Of a stretch of DNA of 64,000 nucleotides, positions 36,292 through 44,950 are shown in pieces; position 1 is the first letter of the stretch; each line of letters starts with the position of its first letter. This DNA comes from Lachnospiraceae bacterium (GTDB lineage: Bacteria > Bacillota > Clostridia > Lachnospirales > Lachnospiraceae): contig JAGDDE010000029.1 of NCBI GenBank assembly GCA_017958185.1, positions 29,972-93,971 of the forward strand, read 5' to 3'. The notes below the pieces were generated by a model that saw only the letters and a list, made by a program, of their open reading frames with translations, ran no database searches and was not told the DNA's origin. The position numbers were made by a program, and so were the translations under genes.

Positions 36292-37734
36292 CTAACAACG
36301 GTACATGTCATCAAGAGAAATGAGCGTTACATAGCCCTTTCTGGAGGCTTCCTGAAGCCCTTCCGTAAAGCCGCCCTTAGAGAAGATATAATAAAAGCAC
36401 TGATCATTTGCGGAAGTAAAAGCGGATGCATATTCCCGGATCAGATTCAGTTCATCGATACCGATCTTTTCATTGCGATATTTACAGGAGCCTATGAGAT
36501 ATTGTCTCCCTGGGTCGCTCTGATGCGACTTTGGAGAGACAGCAACAATATCCAGTTGCGCTTCTTTCTTCAGAATCGGGTGAGAGCCCCACCATTCGCC
36601 GATATCACTGATCATAAAGGGCAATGTATCCATATGGTCGATCAGCCAGGAGCGGCACATGTACTCGAAGGTCTGGCCCATGTAATCGTGAAGAAAGCTT
36701 TCCACAACAGAGCTATACAGATACTCCATTCTTCCGGATGTGATAGCCATCATATTCCCCGGAACAAATCGGTACCAAAAGCGGAAAAACTGGTCGGTGA
36801 TCCGGTATATTATCTTCTTTTTGGATCGGTCAATAACAGGTTCTACCTTCTGAAGAATTCCCAGTTCACAGAGAACTTTCAGGTACTTGGCACAGGAAGC
36901 CGTATCAAGCTGCACTTTGGAAGCAATATCGCTCGGTCTGCTGGCGCCATCTGCAATTGCTGTGATGATTGAGTTGTATACAGCCGGCTCCCGCAGTTCC
37001 TGCCGAAGCAGATTGTCAGGTTCCTCAAACAGGTATGCCGAACGATCGAAAAAGTTCTCAAGAAGGGCGTCCCGAACACTGTCTCTGACCTGCAGCTTAT
37101 TAATGTAGTGTGGAATTCCGCTGGTAATTCCATAGATTAAAGCGTTATCTTCCGGTGACAGGTCCGGATGAAACCTGGCTGCATCAGAAAAGGATAACGG
37201 TTCAAGCTTCAGCTGAGCGGTGCGCCTCCCGAACAGCGGGCTTTCCTCACTGAGAACTTCTTTCTCCATAAAACTCATTGAAGATCCACATAGGATCAGG
37301 AAAAGGCCGGAATCCTTCCAGTCATGGTCCAACAGGTGTTGGAGGCGGGACGGTATCGACTTATCTGCATCACAGAGATAAGGAAATTCGTCCATCACAA
37401 AAATGACCCTGTCTGTTTTCACAATAGAAGTGATGGCGGAGAAGGCGTCGTCGAATGAGCGGTACACTGGGGAAGAAGCGGCTTCCGGATGAAGATACTG
37501 TGTAATGGATTTCGAAAGGGCTTCGAGGTTGTCAGCTGCATTTGCCTTTAATGCCGGAAAGAAAATGACCTTCTTGTCTTTGATAAATTCATTGATCAGG
37601 GCAGTCTTACCAACGCGTCTTCTTCCATAAATGACTATGCACTCGGTGCTTTCCTTGTGATAGTGGCGCTCCAATAAATGGAGTTCATGATCTCTGCATA
37701 AAAACATAGCAACCAAGTCCTTTCGGGGAAACAT
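36292..37734 (-). CDS. AAA+ ATP-binding protein (archaeal-ATPase/DUF234-type architecture, from memory)
   Basis: Walker A GRRRVGKTAL and Walker B VIFVMDEFPYL, with a C-terminal wHTH/nuclease-like region. ATG 37707 is an alternative start. Confidence 0.8.
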   Translation of the reverse strand: MFPRKDLVAMFLCRDHELHLLERHYHKESTECIVIYGRRRVGKTALINEFIKDKKVIFFPALKANAADNLEALSKSITQYLHPEAASSPVYRSFDDAFSAITSIVKTDRVIFVMDEFPYLCDADKSIPSRLQHLLDHDWKDSGLFLILCGSSMSFMEKEVLSEESPLFGRRTAQLKLEPLSFSDAARFHPDLSPEDNALIYGITSGIPHYINKLQVRDSVRDALLENFFDRSAYLFEEPDNLLRQELREPAVYNSIITAIADGASRPSDIASKVQLDTASCAKYLKVLCELGILQKVEPVIDRSKKKIIYRITDQFFRFWYRFVPGNMMAITSGRMEYLYSSVVESFLHDYMGQTFEYMCRSWLIDHMDTLPFMISDIGEWWGSHPILKKEAQLDIVAVSPKSHQSDPGRQYLIGSCKYRNEKIGIDELNLIREYASAFTSANDQCFYYIFSKGGFTEGLQEASRKGYVTLISLDDMYRC

Positions 37735-37920
37735 GCGTTAGGGTATCACACTTCAGTAAAACGTAATGCCCTTTTGGAGACATCATATACGAGATGATAT
37801 GATCTGTCAAGAGACTTATTCATGAAAAAGTGGAATGACATAGCCTTTTCGGAAAACCAAGTGGTCGTAACGAGCAGTCAAACGTCGAACTATATACGCA
37901 AGATAGCTTGCGTAAATTGA

Positions 37921-38105
37921 GAAAATATGGCTGCTGAAGAAACCGCAGACAGTGCTCGCCAGATTTAACGTTACATCCGTCTCACAGAGATCATTCCGGA
38001 GCTTCTTCAGATGGTGGATGACGTTAAGATGTCTATGCTGCCGGCAGTAGAGATTTCCTATCTCTCAAAGAAGGGACAGCAGATGCTGGCGGAGGCGATC
38101 GAGTA
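37921..38105 (+). pseudogene. parB: parB/Spo0J-like fragment with an in-frame stop
   Basis: Own translation ..ETADSARQI*RYIRLTEIIPELLQMVDDVKMSMLPAVEISYLSKKGQQMLAEAIE. TAA sits where conjugative-element ParB proteins have Q. Both the N- and C-terminal parts are missing. Confidence 0.6.
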
Positions 38106-38107
38106 AA

Positions 38108-38224
38108 ATACTATATCCTGTTGGATGAAATCCAGCATGTGAGAGACTTTGAAAAGGCATTATCCTCATTCCGCGCAACATTAAATGTATCTTTGTTTAT
38201 TACGGGGGCAATTCAACGCTATTA
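38108..38224 (+). pseudogene. Internal fragment of an AAA_14/DUF4143-type ATPase gene
   Basis: Own translation YYILLDEIQHVRDFEKALSSFRATLNVSLFITGAIQRY* (Walker B region only). Confidence 0.5.
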
Positions 38225-38422
38225 AAATCATCATGAGAGCAGTTGATCCCCGTGTTCATTCCTGACCACTGGGATCATTGCTTCTGGGGCTGCCATACAC
38301 ATCTTCGATGATCTTGAAGAAACCATAGAAAACGGGGGCAATAGTTTTGAAGAAATCGTATTTTGCTCTTGATTTATCCGTGAAGGAACTGTACAATCGA
38401 GCTTGCGAAGGAGGGTATTCTG

Positions 38423-39781
38423 ATGTACTTTAAGAGAAAAGCCTATGATCGCCTGTTGGAGTGGAAAAAACAACATGCCGGCAAATACAGCATTTTGCTA
38501 GACGGGGCAAGGCGTGTGGGAAAATCGACGATAGCCGAAGAGTTTGCGCGTCGGGAATACAGGTCCTATATCCTGATCGATTTTGCCAATGCGTCAGCAG
38601 CCGTTATGGCCTGCTTCAGCGATATCCAGGATCCTGATATGTTCTTTCTCCGCCTTCAGGCAGTAACTGGAGTGCAGTTATTCGAGAATGAGTCGGCGAT
38701 CATTTTTGATGAGATCCAGTTATTTCCACCCGCACGGCAGGCGATAAAGTATCTTGTTAAGGACGGCCGATATCACTACATAGAGACAGGCTCGTTGATC
38801 TCAATCAAGAAAAATGTGAAAGACATTTTGATTCCCTCCGAGGAAATGAAGCTTTCGGTTTATCCGATGGATTATGAAGAGTTTCTATGGGCATGCGGAA
38901 AGAACACTTACGGTATTATCAGGAGTTTATACGAAAAAGGCCGCAGCGTTGGACAACAGATCAATCGGACACTCATGCGGGATTTCAGGATCTATATGGC
39001 TGTCGGAGGCATGCCGCAGGCGGTGGAAGCCTATGTAAATGGAAAGTCCTTCGCTGAGATCGATACGGTAAAACGGTCGATTATTGCATTGTATGAAGAT
39101 GATTTTAAGAGAATTGATCCTTCGGGAAGGATATCTGCCATGTATCGAAGCGTTCCGGCTCAGCTTGCGCGAGGATTGAGGCGCTATCGGGTGAGCGGCG
39201 CAACAGGGAAACAGAAGACAAATCTGGATGATGAGCGTCTTTATGACCTGGCAGACTCAAAGACAGTTCTGCTGTCTTATAACAGCACAGATCCGCAGGT
39301 AATGCTATCTGCTTCCAAGGATTTTGACAGTTATAAGATGTATCTTGCAGATACCGGCCTCTTTGTTACGTTGCTGTTTATTGACAGACCGGAAACCGAG
39401 AACGATATTTATGCCAAGATGCTTTCTGACAAGCTTCCCGCCAATTTGGGCTATCTGTACGAGAATGCCATGGCGCAAATGATTGCAGCATCCGACAGGG
39501 AACTCTACTATCACACTTGGGAAAAAGAAAACAGTACGCATTATTATGAAATTGATTTCCTGCTCACCGATCATGCCAAGATAAAAGCGGTTGAAGTAAA
39601 ATCCTCCGGAGTCGGAAAACATGAATCATTGACCCGCTTTAAAGAAAAGTATTCAGGTTTTGTAAGAGACTGCTTTGTTTTTTCACAGAAAGACATACAA
39701 AAATCAGGCGGATTGATTTATCTTCCCATCTATATGGCACCGGCTTTTCTGGAAAAGCAGGAAAACTCTGGTACAGAATGA
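38423..39781 (+). CDS. AAA+ ATP-binding protein (AAA_14 + DUF4143-type architecture, from memory)
   Basis: Walker A GARRVGKST, Walker B IIFDEIQLFP, C-terminal ..YYHTWEKENSTHYYEIDFLL..VEVKS (PD-(D/E)xK-like). GAAGGAGGG RBS. Confidence 0.85.
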   Translation: MYFKRKAYDRLLEWKKQHAGKYSILLDGARRVGKSTIAEEFARREYRSYILIDFANASAAVMACFSDIQDPDMFFLRLQAVTGVQLFENESAIIFDEIQLFPPARQAIKYLVKDGRYHYIETGSLISIKKNVKDILIPSEEMKLSVYPMDYEEFLWACGKNTYGIIRSLYEKGRSVGQQINRTLMRDFRIYMAVGGMPQAVEAYVNGKSFAEIDTVKRSIIALYEDDFKRIDPSGRISAMYRSVPAQLARGLRRYRVSGATGKQKTNLDDERLYDLADSKTVLLSYNSTDPQVMLSASKDFDSYKMYLADTGLFVTLLFIDRPETENDIYAKMLSDKLPANLGYLYENAMAQMIAASDRELYYHTWEKENSTHYYEIDFLLTDHAKIKAVEVKSSGVGKHESLTRFKEKYSGFVRDCFVFSQKDIQKSGGLIYLPIYMAPAFLEKQENSGTE

Positions 39782-39947
39782 TTTGGAACACATGTCATTG
39801 AAAACATCCTGAATGAAAAACACAACCAGATCGAGAGGCTTCGAATCAAGTATAAGGAAACCTGGAAGTACATTCCGTCAATGAAGATGTGCGACCCCGG
39901 TAGCCAGTAATTCGAGCTGACTGCCGGGGCTTTTCTTTGTATTGCAG

Positions 39948-40029
39948 CTGCTAACACAGGGCTCTGTCAGAGCAGATTGGGATTCGCACATCTGCCCCCT
40001 GTTAGCAAATCTAACCGTTCTGCTAACAG
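39948..40029 (+). repeat. Right cluster of GCTAACAG-type motifs (two direct, one inverted)
   Basis: CTGCTAACACAG at 39948, CTGTTAGCA at 39999 (inverted), CTGCTAACAG at 40020. Confidence 0.8.
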
Positions 40030-40063
40030 CCAGCTGGCTTTCCTGCGGCAGAAATAGGATAGG

Positions 40064-41002
40064 ATGCTCCGAAAAACAAAACGAAAGAAGGCGTGTCATA
40101 TGACAGATCTGTTCCCGAATGAAAAAAGGATGTCCCCGTATACCTTTCTCCTCCTTCTGGCGCTGTGCGTCTGCGTCTCCCTCTGCGGGTGCGGACAGAA
40201 ACCGGAAGGCTCCTCCGATCCCGGCCGGGCCGAAAAGATCGTCGAAGAGATCGCGGTCGACCACGGCACATACGGCGCGCAGGCCACGGACAGGATCGAC
40301 GTTCTGCTTCGGGAGCTTTCCTCGCTCGACGCCGATACCGGCGCCCGCTGGAAAGCGATCCTGGAGCTCTGGACGTCTCCGCAGCTAGGACAGCCGCTTC
40401 ATTACGACGTGCTTCCCGACGGTCTTCCCGATACGGACGAGCTGTGCATCGTCGTCCTGGGGTTCCAGCTGAATCCCGACGGGACGATGCGGGAAGAATT
40501 GATCTCGCGCCTGACGGTCGCTCTGAACAGCCTCAAAAAGTACCCGAAAGCCTACGTGCTCTGCACCGGAGGCGGGACCGCGGCAGAAAACCCCGCTGCT
40601 TCCGAGGCCGGCGAGATGGCCCGGTGGCTCGAAGCGCAGGGCGTAGAGAAAGGGCGCATCATCGTTGAGGACAATTCCGTCACGACGGCGCAGAACGCTC
40701 TCTTCTCCTACGATATCCTGACCTCCCTCTATCCCTCGGTCAAAAAGCTGGCGATCGTCTCCAGCGACTATCACATCGCTACCGGTGAGCTCCTGTTCAA
40801 GGCCGAAGCGATCCTGCGGGCGAACGCCTTCGGCAACGAAAAGCTGGAAGTCGTCTCTAACGCCGCGTGGAAAGCTCCCTCCGGTTCTCTCTCGGCCATG
40901 TTCCAGGCGGGCGCCCTGATCGAGCTCTTCGGCGACGTGGAGACCGCCTTCTCGATCTATTACGACAACTACGATATCCACGAACTGCCTCCTCTGCACT
41001 GA
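40064..41002 (+). CDS. YdcF/DUF218-family lipoprotein
   Basis: Lipobox SLCGC. DUF218-like core YVLCTGGGTA..EAGEMARWLEAQGV..IIVEDNSVTTAQNALFS..IVSSDYH. ATG 40100 or 40130 are alternative starts. Confidence 0.8.
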   Translation: MLRKTKRKKACHMTDLFPNEKRMSPYTFLLLLALCVCVSLCGCGQKPEGSSDPGRAEKIVEEIAVDHGTYGAQATDRIDVLLRELSSLDADTGARWKAILELWTSPQLGQPLHYDVLPDGLPDTDELCIVVLGFQLNPDGTMREELISRLTVALNSLKKYPKAYVLCTGGGTAAENPAASEAGEMARWLEAQGVEKGRIIVEDNSVTTAQNALFSYDILTSLYPSVKKLAIVSSDYHIATGELLFKAEAILRANAFGNEKLEVVSNAAWKAPSGSLSAMFQAGALIELFGDVETAFSIYYDNYDIHELPPLH

Positions 41003-41127
41003 GCCGTCACCGGCCGCAGGGGGGCTGTCTGCCCCTGCCCGGTCCGGGTCCGGTGCGCTTTTCAGGCACCTGCCGCAACGCGGCCCGCGCCGGGCCCGAA
41101 GATTCGGAAAACCCGGTCTGAACGCAA

Positions 41128-41154
41128 AAACATCCGGCCCCCGGCCGGATGTTT
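41128..41154. terminator. Bidirectional terminator
   Basis: AAACATCCGGCC-CCC-GGCCGGATGTTT perfect 12-bp stem. Confidence 0.7.
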
Positions 41155-41180
41155 CGTTTATAGGAGACCGTCGTTGACGA

Positions 41181-42092
41181 TCAGAAGAACAGGTCTGTCA
41201 GCAGGCCCGTCAGGACCGAAAAAGCCATTACGAACACCAGATACAGGATAAAACGTCCCAGCCCCAGAACGATCTTCAGTGCGCCCAGATTGGTGATCTT
41301 GGTCGCCGGTCCCGTGATCATGAAGGCTGCCGCGCTGCCCAGGCTCATACCGCTCTGCAGCCACTCCTGCAGCAGCGGGATCGTTCCTCCGCCGCAGGCA
41401 TAGAGCGGGACGCCGATCGTAGCGGCCATCAGGATCCCCCACGCCCGGTCGCCTCCGAACAGACGAACCATCAGATCCTGGGGCACATAACGCTGGAACA
41501 GAGCCGACAGCAGGATGCCCGCCAGAAAATACAGTCCTGTGGCCTTCAGATTGCGCCAGAAATTTAACAGGTAGCGGATCAAAGGATCGGGGTGGGTGTC
41601 ATGGCTCTCCCTCTCCTCAAACCCGGTGAAATCAAAGAACTCTTTCCGGGAGCAGAACAGACGGACCAGCACGCCGGCTGTGATCCCGCACAGGAAACAG
41701 CTCACGATACGCACCGCAAGGGCCGCCGGCCCCAGAGCGGCACTGTAGATGATCAGCTGCGGATTCAGAAGGATCGAAGCCATCATAAAGGCGGCGATCC
41801 AGTCCTCCCTCATGCCGTTCCGGCGGAACGACGCCGCGATCGGAATGGTCCCGTACATGCAAAGCGGCGAGGCGATCCCCAGCAGGCACGCCGGAACGAT
41901 CCCGAAAACGCCCCATTTTGTCTCGTTCATCCCCGCCAGCAGCCGGTGGATGCGGTCTTTGGCAAATACGGAGATCAGCGATCCGATCGCCATGCCGATC
42001 ACCCAGTACCAGAAGATCTGCCGGAACTGGAGATCGAAATAGTACCACAGATAGACGAATTCCCGGTGCAGGACTTCCCAGAACTCAGCCAT
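41181..42092 (-). CDS. Permease (UPF0718/ArsP_1-type predicted permease, from memory)
   Basis: 303-aa polytopic ORF. Overlaps the upstream DUF362-like gene by 8 nt. Confidence 0.8.
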   Translation of the reverse strand: MAEFWEVLHREFVYLWYYFDLQFRQIFWYWVIGMAIGSLISVFAKDRIHRLLAGMNETKWGVFGIVPACLLGIASPLCMYGTIPIAASFRRNGMREDWIAAFMMASILLNPQLIIYSAALGPAALAVRIVSCFLCGITAGVLVRLFCSRKEFFDFTGFEERESHDTHPDPLIRYLLNFWRNLKATGLYFLAGILLSALFQRYVPQDLMVRLFGGDRAWGILMAATIGVPLYACGGGTIPLLQEWLQSGMSLGSAAAFMITGPATKITNLGALKIVLGLGRFILYLVFVMAFSVLTGLLTDLFF

Positions 42093-43125
42093 CGATCGTT
42101 ACCAGCCGGTAGGAGCGTTTCCCCAGACCGATCGCTTCCGCATGCTCCAGCGTATGCAGCCCGTGCTGATTTTCGATCCGCTGCATCAGAGTGCGGCTGC
42201 CCTGCGCCTGGCGGACAAGGTCGACACAGGCCTGATCCAGCGCCACCGGATCAAACGACGCAGCGATCCCGATGTCATGGATGTCCGGCTCGGCAGGCCT
42301 TCCGTTGCAGTCACAGTCGACGGACAGACGGTTCAGTACATTGATATAGACGATATGCTGCGCTCCCACATGGTCGCGGAAGCCCTTGACCATCTCCGCG
42401 AGAGCTTCGAGCCAGGCGTTCTGGTTACTGTAGTTGATGCTGCCGCTCGTTCTGGTGCCGGCCGTATGGACCAGGACCTTTCCGCTCGGCGAGGAGATCC
42501 CGATGCCCACGTTCTTGATCGCGCCTCCGAATCCGGCCATCGCATGTCCTTTGAAATGCGAGAGGATGACCCAGTCCTGATACCGTTCAGCATGACTGCC
42601 CACGATGATCCGGTTCAGCCGCGTGCCGCCCGTCATCGGCCAGGACACCTCTCCGTCTTCGTCCATAAGATCAAACTCCGCGATCGCCGTAAAGCCGTGA
42701 TCCGCCGCCACCTGCTTATGCAGGGCCGAACTGGCGCGCGATCCTCCGTAAGCGGTATTGCATTCCACGATCGTCCCCTTCAGCGACTGCACCAGGGTGC
42801 CGATAAGTTCCGGGCGGAGATAATTGCTGGCCGGAGGCTCTCCGGTGGATACTTTTACCGCCACACGGCCGTTTGGCTTCCAGCCCAGCGCTTCGTAGAT
42901 CTTCACCAGTCCCCGGGCGGAAATATCGGAAGTGAAGTAGACGACGGAGCCGTCCTCCGAAACAAAGGTTTCCACTGTCCCCGCTTCACTGCCGGCGGCG
43001 CTTTCCGGGTCAGGGCCGCTCCCGGACGGCAAACTGCTCTCCCGTCCGTCCGGGGCCGGTGAACAGGCACAAAAAGCAGCCATGACTGCGAGGCAGAGCA
43101 TCATGGCTGCGATCTTTTTCTTCAT
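42085..43125 (-). CDS. DUF362-like protein with lipoprotein signal peptide
   Basis: MKKKIAAMMLCLAVMAAFCAC lipobox. Core ..VAVKVSTGE..ECNTAYGG..LSHFKGHAMAGFGGAIKNVGIG.. matches my memory of DUF362. Confidence 0.75.
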   Translation of the reverse strand: MKKKIAAMMLCLAVMAAFCACSPAPDGRESSLPSGSGPDPESAAGSEAGTVETFVSEDGSVVYFTSDISARGLVKIYEALGWKPNGRVAVKVSTGEPPASNYLRPELIGTLVQSLKGTIVECNTAYGGSRASSALHKQVAADHGFTAIAEFDLMDEDGEVSWPMTGGTRLNRIIVGSHAERYQDWVILSHFKGHAMAGFGGAIKNVGIGISSPSGKVLVHTAGTRTSGSINYSNQNAWLEALAEMVKGFRDHVGAQHIVYINVLNRLSVDCDCNGRPAEPDIHDIGIAASFDPVALDQACVDLVRQAQGSRTLMQRIENQHGLHTLEHAEAIGLGKRSYRLVTIDG

Positions 43126-43350
43126 ACCTTTTCCCTCTCTGACTTTTCTCTTCAGGGGACTGGGTCCGTCCTCCGCAGAAACTCTCCGAAAGTGTCCGTC
43201 TTTCTTCTCGGAGATCCCGCTTTCCCTACTGTAACATCATACAGGAGACCGCGGGAAAGTCAAGGGGCAAGCTGTTTTTTGTCGTTTCTTTTCACGGCAC
43301 TGCTTTCCCGCTCCGGACAGTGTTCGGCCGGCGATCCCCTCCGGGGAGGC

Positions 43351-44154
43351 TCACTCCGCGGAAGGATCCTGCCGAAAGCGCGCAGGGAGCAGTCGGCCCG
43401 CTGCCCGGCAGATCGCGACGACGAGCGCCGCGAGCGGCAGGTTCGTCAGCAGCATGATCAGGGTGTAGACCGGGCGCAGTCCCCTCTCCGCCAGGAACGC
43501 CGCCAGATCCTCATAGAGCGGGACACCGGAGCCGCTGTAAAGCTGCATATAATCCGCCCCGAGAAGGTAATCCACCGGTGCCGCGATCAGTGCCAGAAGT
43601 ACGATCGGGACAAAGGAAAGACCGACGTTTTTCCACTCCGGCTGCGCATACCCGCTTGCCAGAAGGAGCACGCCCGTAAGCAGCATGGACGAGTGGAAAT
43701 ACAGGGAATAGAAAGCGCCGAACGTCCAGAACGGGTAGTAGTTCAGTCCGTTGCAGTAAATTACGCCGATGGCCCCGGAGAGCATGCCGACCGTGGTCAG
43801 AAAGGCCAGCGCGCAGTCTTTGGCCCGGCCCTTTCCCCAGGCCGCAAGCGGCAGCAGGTAGATCAGCAGCGAACAGGTGTAGAGCGGCAGCAGCCCGCCC
43901 GTGTTGAAACCCTGGCCGGTCGTGATGTCGTAATAACTCTCCCAGACGATCTTGACCACTTCCAGAACGGCCGTGAACACCGCCTGGATCTTCAGCCAGG
44001 CGGTGATCCTCTGTCTGTCCGCCTGTCTGAACAGGGGGACGGCCGCCAGGGAAAACAAAAACACGAGCACGATGAAGACCAGATGCGGCACGGAAAACAG
44101 GTCGCTCTGAAATCCGCTGATGTTGTGTTTGTAATCAAAAAAACGGTAGTGCAT
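43351..44154 (-). CDS. YwaF/TIGR02206-type integral membrane protein
   Basis: 267-aa polytopic ORF with GGAGGA RBS. The motif ..LLPLYTCSL.. is as remembered for this family. Confidence 0.75.
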   Translation of the reverse strand: MHYRFFDYKHNISGFQSDLFSVPHLVFIVLVFLFSLAAVPLFRQADRQRITAWLKIQAVFTAVLEVVKIVWESYYDITTGQGFNTGGLLPLYTCSLLIYLLPLAAWGKGRAKDCALAFLTTVGMLSGAIGVIYCNGLNYYPFWTFGAFYSLYFHSSMLLTGVLLLASGYAQPEWKNVGLSFVPIVLLALIAAPVDYLLGADYMQLYSGSGVPLYEDLAAFLAERGLRPVYTLIMLLTNLPLAALVVAICRAAGRLLPARFRQDPSAE

Positions 44155-44181
44155 GAAAATTATCCTCCGGTCCCGGGACTG

Positions 44182-44946
44182 TCACGGCGCCTTCAGCCCT
44201 GCCAGCTCGGCGATGGCCTCCGCTGTCCGCTCCCACTGCTCCTCCCGGGCGATGGTGGGCTCGCCGTCGCCCTTCTGGGCGCCGTAAGCGCCGAAGAAGG
44301 CGTGGCAGCCGCCCTCGATCACGATCTCCGTGAGATCTTCCGGGAGGTTCAGGCGGTACTTTTCATATTTTTTCCGGTTCAGGACGCCGTCCTGCGTTCC
44401 GAAGATGCTCAGGACCTTCAGCCCACTGCCGGAAAGATCCGCGGTCGAGTAGGCCGCCAGCAGGACCAGCGCCTGCCAGCCGTCCGTGTGTCCCGCCGCG
44501 TACGAAGCCGCCATTGCCCCGCCCAGCGAATGACCGCCGATCATCCAGAAGCCGACGAACGGATACTGCGCCGGGATGCCTTCCGCCGTTCCCGGCGCCA
44601 GAACGGCCAGATTGAGGGGCATCTTCGGCAGCACGCAGAGGATCCCCCGCTGCGCCAGCCGCAGCATCAGCGGCACATACGCCGTGAATTCCACCTTGCC
44701 GCCCGGATAAAAGACCAGCCCGGCCCGGGCATCCTCCGGGAGGAAGACCAGCCGTTTGGCGCTTTCCTCCACTCTGACGCCGGGAGTCCCGGCCTCCAGC
44801 AGTTCCCGCACCAGAGGCTCTGCCCGGGAATAATCCGCCGCGTAGATCGCTGTTGCGGCCGCTGCGACGGCGATCACGGCCAGCAGGATCCATAAAAGGA
44901 GGAGGCGCCGACGACGCGGCGCCCCGTTGTTCTGCGCTTCTTTCAT
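44182..44946 (-). CDS. Membrane-anchored alpha/beta hydrolase
   Basis: Trimmed to ATG 44946, since the longer ORF would overlap the upstream gene by about 150 nt. N-terminal TM helix and nucleophile elbow GGHSLGG. Confidence 0.8.
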   Translation of the reverse strand: MKEAQNNGAPRRRRLLLLWILLAVIAVAAAATAIYAADYSRAEPLVRELLEAGTPGVRVEESAKRLVFLPEDARAGLVFYPGGKVEFTAYVPLMLRLAQRGILCVLPKMPLNLAVLAPGTAEGIPAQYPFVGFWMIGGHSLGGAMAASYAAGHTDGWQALVLLAAYSTADLSGSGLKVLSIFGTQDGVLNRKKYEKYRLNLPEDLTEIVIEGGCHAFFGAYGAQKGDGEPTIAREEQWERTAEAIAELAGLKAP

Positions 44947-44950
44947 ACAG

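Larger units (their letters stand above)
34760..40060. mobile_element. Degraded integrated-element / genomic-island remnant adjacent to tRNA-Arg
   Basis: Lower and patchy GC; truncated parA, parB fragment with an in-frame stop, AAA_14 fragment and two intact ATPase genes. GCTAACAG-type repeats cluster at both edges. No integrase or relaxase seen. Confidence 0.5.

Noticed and set aside
38231-38476. 81-aa minus-strand ORF overlapping the start of the DUF4143-type ATPase gene. Also the 39878..40264 and 40023..40271 minus-strand ORFs at the island edge.
   Set aside because: They overlap well-supported plus-strand genes or terminators and lack RBSs and motifs.
39940-40064. Looked for a direct repeat of the tRNA-Arg 3' end (..GGTCCGATTCCCGGCGGGAGCA) at the far end of the island, as the expected attR.
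   Set aside because: I found no such repeat by eye. The island boundary is therefore inferred only from composition and the GCTAACAG clusters.
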